DNA from: a virus
Taxonomy: Duplodnaviria; Heunggongvirae; Uroviricota; Caudoviricetes
Virus record (IMG/VR): IMGVR_UViG_3300025861_000004
Strand: one strand, 5' to 3'
Length of the DNA: 64,000 bases
The notes under the pieces were generated by a model. The model searched no databases and had not been told where the DNA came from. It was given only the letters and a program-made list of their open reading frames with translations. Numbering within the stretch: the first letter of the stretch is position 1; every line of letters begins with the position of its first letter. A program made the position numbers and the translations under genes. Positions 31,866 through 40,798 of the stretch are shown in pieces.

Positions 31866-31943
31866 AGGTTTCTCCGTAGCCGAGAACCCTCGGCCAGATC
31901 ATCTTTCCTCTAGTGGGTGCGGCTGTCACCCCATGAGATCCCG

Positions 31944-32594
31944 TCAGCCCACCATGGCTTGGTTGTCGGGCCTGTATGGAGCCCTCTTATGCTTGCGCAC
32001 CTTCGCGACAGCGATTCCGTTGGTTCCTGACGGAGAGGACACCTCGACTCGGAGGTCGGCGTAGAAGCGTAGGGCGTTCGACCCGAAGCTGGAGTTGTCC
32101 TGCGCGCCGCGGTCCACAGACCGCGCGGAGAACACGACCGCGCATCCCGTGAGGCCCGCAGCCCTGTAGATCGCCCCCGTGGTGCGTACGGCGAGTTGGC
32201 TGCGGTACCGAACCCCCTCGTGGCTCTCTGGGTCCGAACCGTCACGTATGGGTAGGAGGTTCAGGGAGTCCACCACGACCAGTCCGACCTGTCGCGTCTG
32301 GACGATGGTGAGGGCTAGGTCGGTGGCCTCCTCCACGGAGGCGGGCTGGCACACGAGCAGGGACGTCAGGTCCACGCCGGCCGCGCGGGCCGCCGCGAGG
32401 TCGATCCCTCTTCCTCCGTCCACGTACGCGCACAGGAGGCCCTTCTGCTGGGCCTTGGCGATGAGCCCTAGGATGATCCGGGCCTGACCCTCTGCGGCCT
32501 CCCCGTACAGGTCGGTGAGCTTTCCGCGAGGGAACCCCCCAGTCGTGTTCTGGTCCAGCTCCGCGCATCCAGTGGGGATTGTCCTGAGGTTCAT
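31944..32594 (-). CDS. RecA-core homolog with degenerate Walker A and no catalytic Glu (216 aa)
   Basis: IPTG..LD...GGFPRGKLTDLYG, AYVD, GVDLTSLLVCQP..VEEA, LVVVDSL, GSNALRFYADLRV; Walker A reads GEAAEGQA. Confidence 0.85.
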   Translation of the reverse strand: MNLRTIPTGCAELDQNTTGGFPRGKLTDLYGEAAEGQARIILGLIAKAQQKGLLCAYVDGGRGIDLAAARAAGVDLTSLLVCQPASVEEATDLALTIVQTRQVGLVVVDSLNLLPIRDGSDPESHEGVRYRSQLAVRTTGAIYRAAGLTGCAVVFSARSVDRGAQDNSSFGSNALRFYADLRVEVSSPSGTNGIAVAKVRKHKRAPYRPDNQAMVG

Positions 32595-32631
32595 GCCCAC
32601 TTGTCGCGCTTAGGGTGGGTTTCAGAGCTGA
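32595..32631 (-). promoter_or_regulatory. Class A promoter motif (TCAGCTC-N17-GCGACAAG-N5-ATG)
   Basis: Exact 30-nt spacing to ATG 32594. Confidence 0.75.
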
Positions 32632-32703
32632 GCATCTCGACCCGTGCTTTGAGCCGATCCTTTAAGGATCTTTTCAGACTTTTTCCGACGGGGATGACGT
32701 TTC

Positions 32704-32740
32704 TCAGCTCCGCCGTGCGGGTAGACATCGACACGAGGGA
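32704..32740 (+). promoter_or_regulatory. Class A promoter motif (TCAGCTC-N17-TCGACACG), followed by a short leader with RBS
   Basis: Predicted +1 is A32741; GAGG RBS precedes ATG 32767. Confidence 0.7.
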
Positions 32741-32766
32741 AACAACCCCCTCTCCGAGGAACCAAC

Positions 32767-35250
32767 ATGCGATCCCTGATGCTGCGTAACGCGACCCCCA
32801 TCCTGGCCCTGTCCCCCCTTGGCGTCTTGTCGAGTTTCTTGCGCGCCACGGAGGTCCCCATCGACGCCCCGAAGCCCGTGCCCGCCAAGGCGGACCTCGT
32901 GGCCGTCATCGACCGCTCCGGGTCGATGTGGGGTGAGATCGACTCGGTGAAGACCGGTCTGGTCAAGGTGTTGGGTGTCCACGAGGTGCTGGGCGGCAAC
33001 GTCGACCTCACGCTCTCGCTTGTCTCGTACTCCAGCAACGGCGACTGCCGGAACCACTTCCAGCACATCCCCATGGACAAGGCGGTCACGGACAAGAACG
33101 TGGCGGCGCAGATCGAGTCGATTCAATCGACGGGCTGCACCGGCATGAGCCAGGCGGTCCGCATGGCGGCGACGATGAAGCGTCCCGGCCGCGTCCTGTA
33201 CGTCGTCCTGATGAGCGACGGCTACTGCAACGACCCCGGCGTGCGTCAGGAGCAGACGGGTTCACAGCAGGCTGTGGACCAGATCGTCGCGGCTGGCGGT
33301 ATCGTCTCGACGCTGTGCTACGGGAGCTACGCCGACTTCGCGTTCCTCAACTCGCTGGCCACGGCGGGCAAGGGCGTGTGCCTGCGCGCTGGCAGCGCCA
33401 AGGAGTTCTACGTCGCGATGGAGACGGGGGCGCGCGCCGCTGCCAACCTTCAGGCGCAGGCCATCGTGCTCAAGGCGGACGGTGCCGAGATCGTCGTCTG
33501 CGTCGACCCGAAGAGCAAGACCATCATGTCGGCCGTCGGCGGTAAGGACCTCGTGCTGGCGAGCCTGCCGAGCCCGGACGCCAAGGCGTACCGCTTCGTC
33601 AAGGCCGACCCCGGCCACGCGGGTCCCGCCTCGACCTCCGAGGAGAGCGCCCTGGCCGCCCTGCTGGCCGCCCGCGCGATGCTCGACCACGGCGACGTGT
33701 CCCGCGCCAAGGAGTTCGTGATCGGCTCGGCGGCGAGCGATGCCCGCAAGTTCTGGCGCGCACTGACGAGCGCCGAGCAGCGCGACCTGACCGCCGCGAT
33801 CGACACGGTGCTGTTCGGGGACGGCCCGGTCTCGCTCGACAGCACCCTGTCGGTCATCCCGCCGGGCGCGTCCATCCTCGATGTGTTTGCGGTCATGGAG
33901 GAGTTCAAGCCGGGGACCATCCAGGTCCACCTGCCGTCGCTCAAGAGCGCCTACCAGCGGCGCACCGTGCCCCGCGTCGCGGGCAGCATCGCGGCGGACG
34001 GGACCATCACGCCGTTCCGCTACTCGCTGGAGGGTGACGGCTCCGAGTGGGCGAACGTGACGGGCATCGTGCTGTCGCGCACCTCCCCGAACGCGAGCCT
34101 CCAGACGACCATTTCCGCGTTCCTCAAGGACGAGCAGACGGGCGAGGGGGTCGACAAGATCGGCCCGGTGGACCTGTCGGGCAAGCTCAAGATGATCCGC
34201 GCCTACACCATCGTCGGCGACGGGTCGGTCCTTACCGACAAGGCTCGGTTCAAGGTCAACGACCGCCGCGCTCGCGAGGCCCTGACCGCGCTGGGCCTTC
34301 AGGTCAACCCCGAGACGTGGGAGGTCGAGGTCGAGTTCTCCAAGATGGCCGTCGCCTCCAAGGACCCCGGCGACTGCCTGCCCTCGTTGACGGACCTGAA
34401 CCGCATGCTCAGTGCTTCGGCGCTCGCCAAGCTGCTCGCTGCGGTCAAGCCCGAGGGTGAGTCGGCGGAGTTCGACGCGGACACCGTGGCCAAGCTCAAG
34501 GAGTTCGGCCTGACCCCGGCGATGAACTTCAGCCCCCCGACGACCACCCCCTACGTGGATCGCAAGAAGGCGCTCGCCGATGGCACCATCGACGTTCGCA
34601 TCGGCTACGAGGTCTTCGTGGGGACGCCGGCCATGCCGCAGTGCATGAAGGACCTGTACGGCGGCAACGAGTTCCTGAAGCGTCGCTTCGAGGCCAAGCT
34701 CGGCGGGGCCGAGGTGGCCAAGGAGTTCATGTCGGGTGCCCTCCTGCTCGACGGGGCGGTCTTCGCGCCCAAGGCGCTTACGGCGCGCACCAAGCTCAAC
34801 GAGGCCGACGACGCCGCGTACAAGGTGAACTGCGGGGCGCTCGGCGTCTCGGAGCCCGGTGCTGAGGCTGCGTTGCTCGACGCGCTCACCTTCGCCTACG
34901 GGGACAAGGTCCAGGCGAAGGCGGCGGCTGACAAGATCGCCGAGTGCCGCACGGGCAAGCTGGACCGTGCGACCGCGATCGGTGAGATCGACAGCATCCG
35001 TCGGCGCATCGAGGGCGCGATCAGCCGCTTCTGGACCGCTCACATCTCGCCGGTCGTCATGTACACGGGCGGGACGGGCTCAGTTCCCGCCTCCATCCAG
35101 GCCAAGTCGATCGACGCGGCGAGCATCAACGGGTCGCTGTCCAAGGCGATGAAGGATGAGGGCGTGTTCTTCACCACGCCGGGCGGCCTGCTCATCACCG
35201 TCGTCGCCAGCCAGGAAGACGTGCCGACGGCCAAGACTCCGCGCGTCTAG
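32767..35250 (+). CDS. von Willebrand factor A (vWA) domain protein with long C-terminal region (827 aa)
   Basis: MIDAS motif DRSGS; GCTGM; VVLMSDG. Confidence 0.85.
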   Translation: MRSLMLRNATPILALSPLGVLSSFLRATEVPIDAPKPVPAKADLVAVIDRSGSMWGEIDSVKTGLVKVLGVHEVLGGNVDLTLSLVSYSSNGDCRNHFQHIPMDKAVTDKNVAAQIESIQSTGCTGMSQAVRMAATMKRPGRVLYVVLMSDGYCNDPGVRQEQTGSQQAVDQIVAAGGIVSTLCYGSYADFAFLNSLATAGKGVCLRAGSAKEFYVAMETGARAAANLQAQAIVLKADGAEIVVCVDPKSKTIMSAVGGKDLVLASLPSPDAKAYRFVKADPGHAGPASTSEESALAALLAARAMLDHGDVSRAKEFVIGSAASDARKFWRALTSAEQRDLTAAIDTVLFGDGPVSLDSTLSVIPPGASILDVFAVMEEFKPGTIQVHLPSLKSAYQRRTVPRVAGSIAADGTITPFRYSLEGDGSEWANVTGIVLSRTSPNASLQTTISAFLKDEQTGEGVDKIGPVDLSGKLKMIRAYTIVGDGSVLTDKARFKVNDRRAREALTALGLQVNPETWEVEVEFSKMAVASKDPGDCLPSLTDLNRMLSASALAKLLAAVKPEGESAEFDADTVAKLKEFGLTPAMNFSPPTTTPYVDRKKALADGTIDVRIGYEVFVGTPAMPQCMKDLYGGNEFLKRRFEAKLGGAEVAKEFMSGALLLDGAVFAPKALTARTKLNEADDAAYKVNCGALGVSEPGAEAALLDALTFAYGDKVQAKAAADKIAECRTGKLDRATAIGEIDSIRRRIEGAISRFWTAHISPVVMYTGGTGSVPASIQAKSIDAASINGSLSKAMKDEGVFFTTPGGLLITVVASQEDVPTAKTPRV

Positions 35251-35251
35251 C

Positions 35252-35275
35252 CTGAGAGGGGTTCTCCCCTCTCAG
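35252..35275 (+). terminator. 10-bp perfect hairpin after the vWA gene
   Basis: CTGAGAGGGG-TTCT-CCCCTCTCAG. Confidence 0.6.
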
Positions 35276-35322
35276 ACCCTCTCAGCTCCCCTCCTCTCCC
35301 TCACCTCCTTTCGCTCTCGCGC

Positions 35323-36414
35323 ATGTTCCAAACTAAGGCCGAGAGCGGCCCCTACACCCTCTGGTACCAGTTCGACGAGTTCAACATCCGGCGTCGCTTT
35401 AGTGCTGGCGAAGCGTACGCTCGCGCCTCCGCGGACCTCACGCAGGGGGCCGCACAGGTGGCCCGCTGCTACCTGGACGTGGTGGCGCGGGACGAGGCGG
35501 AGGCAACTGGGGGGGATGACTCTCCCGCCTGGACCGCCTTCAACTGGGAAGCTCCAGGGATCCTCCGGGGGTTCGAGCTCCGACGCGACCGGACGACAAT
35601 CTTCCCGCGGGAGTGGGTGGCGCAGGAGGTCTTCTGGACCGTGCTGGACCGGCGCGCGCGCGGAGAGGACCGAAGGGCCTTCTACGAGTGGTTGCGCGTC
35701 GCGATCCTCGCGATCCGGTCGGAGGATCTTGACCAAGATCCCTTCGCGCGATGGTTCGGAGGGGCTGAATCCCTCCGAACCATCGTCAAGCTCCTGTGGA
35801 CGCGCATGGGGGAGGTGATCAACGTCAGCGCGAGCCTATCCGCTGAGGGGAAGGGGCAAGCTCCTAACGGGCAAGCGATCGAGGTTCGCAGGGGGGACGA
35901 TCCGAACAGTTTTCTGCTGGGCGGGCCTGACATCCCCTGGCGCACAGTTCCTCGCTGGGGGATCGACCTCCTCGCCTGGCAGACCCTCAGGGACCTCCTG
36001 CTGGATGCAGCGGAGTTGGCCGCGGCCAATTCCTCACCGCCGGTTCCTGCCCTACCTGAGGTTCCGCCCAAGGTTCCACCCGAGGTTCCACCTGAGGTTC
36101 CACCCGAGGTTCCAACCCCTCCAGTTTCTGTGATCTCCAGGCCGGCTCCTACGGACCTTAAACCCTGTGGGTACCGAGTGGTGTTTCCCTGCGAGATTCC
36201 AGGCACTTTCAAGGCCGTTCCGCTCAAGGCGGGGGACTACCTGGAGGCGGTTGGGATCTGTGCGACCTACAGGGGGACTGGGTCTCACGAGACGCGCGAG
36301 ACGCGCATCAACGATGCGTGCCTACAGCACCTGATCTTGAACGGGTACGTGGTCCCCACGTACGCCACCCCCGAGGATTCAGCGCATGCGCAGCTGGAAG
36401 CCGCGCTCGATTAG
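35323..36414 (+). CDS. Hypothetical protein (363 aa) with PEVP linker
   Basis: Long ORF with an internal tandem repeat. Confidence 0.7.
   Translation: MFQTKAESGPYTLWYQFDEFNIRRRFSAGEAYARASADLTQGAAQVARCYLDVVARDEAEATGGDDSPAWTAFNWEAPGILRGFELRRDRTTIFPREWVAQEVFWTVLDRRARGEDRRAFYEWLRVAILAIRSEDLDQDPFARWFGGAESLRTIVKLLWTRMGEVINVSASLSAEGKGQAPNGQAIEVRRGDDPNSFLLGGPDIPWRTVPRWGIDLLAWQTLRDLLLDAAELAAANSSPPVPALPEVPPKVPPEVPPEVPPEVPTPPVSVISRPAPTDLKPCGYRVVFPCEIPGTFKAVPLKAGDYLEAVGICATYRGTGSHETRETRINDACLQHLILNGYVVPTYATPEDSAHAQLEAALD
36055..36114 (+). repeat. 12-bp tandem repeat x5 encoding P(E/K)VP
   Basis: CCYGAGGTTCCA-like units read directly. Confidence 0.9.
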
Positions 36415-36430
36415 CAGATCGCTCCGTCGG

Positions 36431-36444
36431 GGGTAAGATTCCCC
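36431..36444 (+). promoter_or_regulatory. Class B motif GGGTAAG-N7-GTG
   Basis: Exact motif and spacing. Confidence 0.5.
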
Positions 36445-37299
36445 GTGAGCTTGAGACCCTGGTCACACGTTCGTCGCATACCCAAGTCGTGGGGCACACC
36501 CGTCTCGATGTGCTGTCCCAACCCCCCAGAGAAGCGCGTCCTCCTCTCCCTGGTCCTAGACAACCTGGAGCGGGAGGAGGATGGACGCTGCGTCTTCACT
36601 CCTGTCCGCGCCGGGCACGTCGCACGCCTGCTCGGCGTGGACGGAGGGAACGGGAAGCTGCGACCCCTCGGGGTCGTGTGGGCGCGCGCCGTTCGTGCGT
36701 CCCTGATGCGCGCCGATCCCATGTGCGCGTCGAGCCGCTACCTGCTGTCCGCGAGCCTCCTTGCTCGCGACGGCCTGGCAACCCTCGCGGTGCTGGCGTC
36801 CCTCGACTCGGAGTACCGACGCGCGGGTCAGGTCGCCAAGACGGCCGCGCGTCGACTTCGGGATGTGGCCGCTCGCTGGGGGTCTCGCAAGGGGGTCCTA
36901 TCCATGCGCATCCTCCAGGCGAAGGAGGAGCTCGCGCACATGTCGCGTGACGACGACCAGGCGCTCCGGCGCTTGCGCTGGCGTCTTGGGCTGCTCGAGG
37001 ACCTCGGCCTCGCGCAGGCTAGGTCCTACTGCCAGCAGGTCCGCCTGCTGGATGCTGGGGTGCAGGTGGCCAAGGAGGCGGAGTTCAAGCTGGAGTTCGA
37101 GCCCCTGCCGCACCTCCGGTCAGCCCACCTGGTCCTAGCTCCTTGGCTCGCCCGCGTGCCTGCCGGCCCGTTCCAGCCCTTCTACCCAGAGGGGGGCGGC
37201 CTGCCCGCGGCCGAGCGCTCCCTGTGGGAGGGGGTCCAAGCCGTTGGAGCGGGACGGCCTGCCCCACGGTTCGATCCTGACAGCTCCCGGCTCGACTGA
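36445..37299 (+). CDS. Hypothetical protein (284 aa)
   Basis: Long ORF in a co-oriented run. Confidence 0.65.
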   Translation: MSLRPWSHVRRIPKSWGTPVSMCCPNPPEKRVLLSLVLDNLEREEDGRCVFTPVRAGHVARLLGVDGGNGKLRPLGVVWARAVRASLMRADPMCASSRYLLSASLLARDGLATLAVLASLDSEYRRAGQVAKTAARRLRDVAARWGSRKGVLSMRILQAKEELAHMSRDDDQALRRLRWRLGLLEDLGLAQARSYCQQVRLLDAGVQVAKEAEFKLEFEPLPHLRSAHLVLAPWLARVPAGPFQPFYPEGGGLPAAERSLWEGVQAVGAGRPAPRFDPDSSRLD

Positions 37300-37315
37300 C
37301 GCCGAGCCCGACACC

Positions 37316-37825
37316 ATGCGGGCCGACCTATTAATCAACCCCGATCGTATGGGCACCCTGAGCTCAACGATCGGAACCCTCCTCGCCCCCAGTCGGGCCT
37401 TCTCAGCTGCTCGCTGCGACGTGTCGAGGCTCGTGCGTGAGTGGGCAACCAAGGCAGGCCCGCCGACCCCCACGAACGCTACGCGCTACGCGGCTAGGTG
37501 GGCGCGGAACGCACCCGACCTCCTCCGGGAGGGACGACGGTTCCCCGAGCTCATCCTGTCGACGGGAACCTACCTGCTGGACAACGCGGTCAATCTCCTA
37601 CTTGACCAGGTGATGGAGACGGCCAATAAGACTCGCGAGCCGCTTCGTTCCGCCCTGCTTGCCGTGGTGCACAGCGGGGGAGCGGACCTGCTTGCGGATC
37701 TTGTGCGTGTCCGCATCCTGAAGCTCGACACCAAGACGGTTCACGCCTGTGAGGCTGCGCTGCGTGCGGGGCGGTTCCCCCTGCCCAGATCCCTGTGGGT
37801 GGACGCCGAGGTGGAGCTGCTCTGA
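37316..37825 (+). CDS. Hypothetical helical protein (169 aa)
   Basis: ORF after the upstream stop; start chosen at ATG 37316. Confidence 0.65.
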   Translation: MRADLLINPDRMGTLSSTIGTLLAPSRAFSAARCDVSRLVREWATKAGPPTPTNATRYAARWARNAPDLLREGRRFPELILSTGTYLLDNAVNLLLDQVMETANKTREPLRSALLAVVHSGGADLLADLVRVRILKLDTKTVHACEAALRAGRFPLPRSLWVDAEVELL

Positions 37826-38955
37826 TGCCCAAGCCCCATCCATCATGGAGCCTGCTGCGTATCTTCACCACCACCACCACAGCCGACGAGTCCACCGTCT
37901 GGGCGCTGCCCCCGCCGCCGACTGACGTACGCTTCGTCGTCGCGACGTGGTGTAAGGCCCATCGGAGGTGGTACAACCCGAGGACCTGCTTCCGCTGCCT
38001 GTCGACCCACACGCAGGTGGGGGTCCGGGTGGGTCCCGAGGTCGTGCGGCGGGTCGTATCCGTCCAGGAGGGAATGGCGGGCGCCTCCACCATCGGCTAC
38101 CTCTTGAACCTAATCGCCTCGGTGGCTCAGTGCATGCCGCAGTGGCTGCGACCCGCCTGGAAGGAGTTCTCCTCTGGGGACTCCTTGTCCAGCAGGAAAG
38201 CCGCACGCCTCCTCCGTTCCGTCAAGGGGTGCGAGGATGTGGTCCTCGCGCCTGCGACGAAGGGAGAGGATGAGTCCAGGGTCGAGACCTGGTCCTTGTC
38301 CCGTGAGGACCCCGACCCCTGGCGGGCCGCAGTCGCGCGTGGGCGCGCGCTCAACACGGTCCTGAGTCGGTTGGGCTCAGGACTTCCGGACAGTCTGTGG
38401 AGGTTCGCAGCCTCTCAGGCACGAGACGTAGTCTCCGCCTGCGGAGGGAACACCGTCGCGTTGTACCCGTACGTCGTGGCGTGCCTGGAGGACGTCCTCG
38501 ACTGCGCTCTGGTCCTCCAGGCGTACGCCTGTGACGAGACGACCGTCCTCAAGCGGTTCAGCGCAGCGGCGGCGGGGTTCGTGTGGATGCACCAGACCCT
38601 GGGCCTTCCTCTCCTCGACGGTTCGATTCGGCTCCTGTCCCCGGACCAGGTCGATCAGGTCCTCGACGAGGTTGTTGGTTTTAGCCCAACGGGTCGATTT
38701 CAGACGGCCCCCCACATACAGACGTTCGGCTCCAAGCTGGATCGCGCACGACCTTTTGGAGCCGACTTCGGGATCGATCCCGACACTAAGGTTCGGTTCC
38801 CGGTCGACTTCCTCCTCGCCGCCAAGAGTCGCGAGAGCGACCCTCCGGACGATGACAGGCTAGCGGCGTTTACCATCACTGCTAACATCAAGTCGCGCGC
38901 ACCCTCGCCGGGTTCGTTCCGGGTAGCACCTAACGGTGCCCTGCGTAGACTATAG
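37825..38955 (+). CDS. Hypothetical protein (376 aa)
   Basis: TGATG overlap with the upstream stop. Confidence 0.65.
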   Translation: MPKPHPSWSLLRIFTTTTTADESTVWALPPPPTDVRFVVATWCKAHRRWYNPRTCFRCLSTHTQVGVRVGPEVVRRVVSVQEGMAGASTIGYLLNLIASVAQCMPQWLRPAWKEFSSGDSLSSRKAARLLRSVKGCEDVVLAPATKGEDESRVETWSLSREDPDPWRAAVARGRALNTVLSRLGSGLPDSLWRFAASQARDVVSACGGNTVALYPYVVACLEDVLDCALVLQAYACDETTVLKRFSAAAAGFVWMHQTLGLPLLDGSIRLLSPDQVDQVLDEVVGFSPTGRFQTAPHIQTFGSKLDRARPFGADFGIDPDTKVRFPVDFLLAAKSRESDPPDDDRLAAFTITANIKSRAPSPGSFRVAPNGALRRL

Positions 38956-39490
38956 GAACGGGTGGGGGAGCTCTCCGGACTGCTGTGCGCGCGACCCCGA
39001 CGGGTGCGCACCGTGGGCTGGACTGCGGGTGATCCTCGTGGGGGAGGCGATCAACGTGGGGCACCGCCGCGTCCCGCAGGTGGTCCACGACCACTGGCTG
39101 AGGTCGGACGACCTCACGCGAAGGTTCGGGGCCTTTCGTCTTGGAACCGGCCGCGCTCGGCTCATACGCTGCGGGGTGCGGTGGTCCGATTCAGCGGACC
39201 TCCTGCCGCCCGGCCCCTGCGGGTGGTGGGACGCGGAGCTCGCGCGACGAGCCGCGGCTCTCTGGCTCCCCCTGTGGGTGGACCGCTTCGACCTCGTGGT
39301 CCTCGTGGGGAAGCGGGTCGCGGCAGCCGCCAAGCTCTCCGCGAGCACGGACCGCGTGCTGCTCGTAGGGCACCCCAGTGGGCGGAACCGAAAGTGGAAC
39401 GACCCGGACCACCTCGCGCGCGTGAGGGAGGAGGTGCGGGCTGCGGCCTCGCACGTACAGCTCCGCCTCCGTGCGGTTCCAGGTGTCTAG
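38936..39490 (+). CDS. Uracil-DNA glycosylase superfamily-like protein
   Basis: Motif A-like VILVGEA, central VVLVGKRVA, motif B-like GHPSGRNRKWND. Confidence 0.7.
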   Translation: MPCVDYRNGWGSSPDCCARDPDGCAPWAGLRVILVGEAINVGHRRVPQVVHDHWLRSDDLTRRFGAFRLGTGRARLIRCGVRWSDSADLLPPGPCGWWDAELARRAAALWLPLWVDRFDLVVLVGKRVAAAAKLSASTDRVLLVGHPSGRNRKWNDPDHLARVREEVRAAASHVQLRLRAVPGV

Positions 39491-39493
39491 GGC
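39457..39493 (+). promoter_or_regulatory. Class A variant (ACAGCTC-N30-ATG)
   Basis: Exact 30-nt spacing to ATG 39494; second box not conserved. Confidence 0.5.
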
Positions 39494-39952
39494 ATGCCAC
39501 GATACGCCCTCTACCTGCCCTTCTCGTTCGAGGCCAAGGACGACCGTACGGCCGCGATCGTCGCGAACCTCCTGGCGCACCGCAACGCGCTCCTCCTCAG
39601 CGAAGAGGGCCGCGTCGTTGAGACCTTGGAGGATCCTCTTCCGGTCTCCCTCCTCTCCCCCAAGGACCTCCAGGAGCGTGGGGAAGCCGTTGTGGCGGCC
39701 CTCGACACGGTCGCCTGCGGGTACGTTGGCGACCGTCCTGTCCTGGACCAGATGGTCAACCAGGCGCTCCAGCACCCTGACAGCCAGCGTGGCCCCTTCG
39801 CGCGAGTGACGGCCGTCCGCACAGCTTACCGTCGGTGGTTCCTGCGCCACGACAACCAAGTGAGCATGATCATCTACTCGCAGGTGGAGCATTTGGTCGG
39901 ACGCCTCAACGACATGCTGCGCGAGGTGACCAAGGTGATCCGTGTCGAGTAG
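39494..39952 (+). CDS. Hypothetical protein (152 aa)
   Basis: GC3-rich ORF with upstream motif. Confidence 0.75.
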   Translation: MPRYALYLPFSFEAKDDRTAAIVANLLAHRNALLLSEEGRVVETLEDPLPVSLLSPKDLQERGEAVVAALDTVACGYVGDRPVLDQMVNQALQHPDSQRGPFARVTAVRTAYRRWFLRHDNQVSMIIYSQVEHLVGRLNDMLREVTKVIRVE

Positions 39953-40358
39953 GAACCTCCCCACGATCGTTCGAGAGGCCCGAGAGGCCGCGGCCGAGCT
40001 CCAGCGGGCCACCCAGGACTTGGAGGCTTCGCTGGGCGCACTGGAGGCCGCGATCGCCACCACGATCCCAGGCATGTGGGGCAGGGTCTCCTGTGGTGTT
40101 CACCGAACGCTGGCTTTCCGTCCACAGACGGACAAGCGTTTCCGCCTGGTCGTCGAGACTGACAGGGCTCCGCGTCGCGCGACGCTCCTCGTAGAGACTA
40201 GGGGAGACCTCCTGCGGAGGGGGATCGCCGCCATCCCCGCCCTGCTGGACGCGCTCGCGGAGCAGGCCCGCGAGCAGGCCCGCGACGTGGGTGCAGGGGC
40301 CGCGGACGTGCAGATCCTGCAAAAGAACCTCGACGCGAAGACCTCAGCTCCGAAGTGA
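39942..40358 (+). CDS. Hypothetical coiled-coil protein (138 aa)
   Basis: Short overlap with the upstream gene. Confidence 0.65.
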   Translation: MSSRNLPTIVREAREAAAELQRATQDLEASLGALEAAIATTIPGMWGRVSCGVHRTLAFRPQTDKRFRLVVETDRAPRRATLLVETRGDLLRRGIAAIPALLDALAEQAREQARDVGAGAADVQILQKNLDAKTSAPK

Positions 40359-40380
40359 TCCCTCGCATCGACCTCTAGTC
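40344..40380 (+). promoter_or_regulatory. Class A promoter motif (TCAGCTC-N17-TCGACCTC), followed by an AGGAG leader
   Basis: Predicted +1 is A40381; ATG at 40392. Confidence 0.7.
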
Positions 40381-40391
40381 AGGAGACAACG

Positions 40392-40655
40392 ATGCGCTAC
40401 TCATCCTTGAAGCCCCAAATCCTGAGCACCTTGAGCGGTCACACGACTTCCCAAGCCCTACAACCCACGGTTTCGTACGCCGGAGTGGAGGGGCGACGCG
40501 AGAAGGCGTTCGTCGACGTGAACGGCGGCACCTCCATGCTGTCTGCACGCAGTCGTCGGCGCGTCCTCAACCGGTTCATGGCCCTCCTGTCGGGCCGCTT
40601 CGTCGTGACGACGGAGCGCCGGCCGAGTGGTCAGCCCATCCTGGTGGTCCAGTGA
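40392..40655 (+). CDS. Hypothetical protein (87 aa)
   Basis: AGGAG RBS. Confidence 0.7.
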   Translation: MRYSSLKPQILSTLSGHTTSQALQPTVSYAGVEGRREKAFVDVNGGTSMLSARSRRRVLNRFMALLSGRFVVTTERRPSGQPILVVQ

Positions 40656-40798
40656 CCGCGCTGAGTTCCCGTGACCTTGCCTACCTGGAGTCTCGACGCC
40701 GCGCACGTGCGCGGCGAGCCTTTAAGCTGCGCCTCATCGTCGGTGCGTTCTTCGTGGTCGTGACGATGACCACGATCATCGGTGCCTCGACTCTCTAG
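40652..40798 (+). CDS. Small membrane protein (48 aa)
   Basis: GTGA overlap; MTALSSRDLAYLESRRRARARRAFKLRLIVGAFFVVVTMTTIIGASTL has a basic stretch then a hydrophobic helix. Confidence 0.55.
   Translation: MTALSSRDLAYLESRRRARARRAFKLRLIVGAFFVVVTMTTIIGASTL

Noticed and set aside
33262-35043. Long antisense ORFs (for example 33262-35043, 28885-29895, 15299-16441, 20939-22075)
   Set aside because: These are shadow frames of GC3-rich genes, with Arg/Gly/Pro-biased translations and no motifs.
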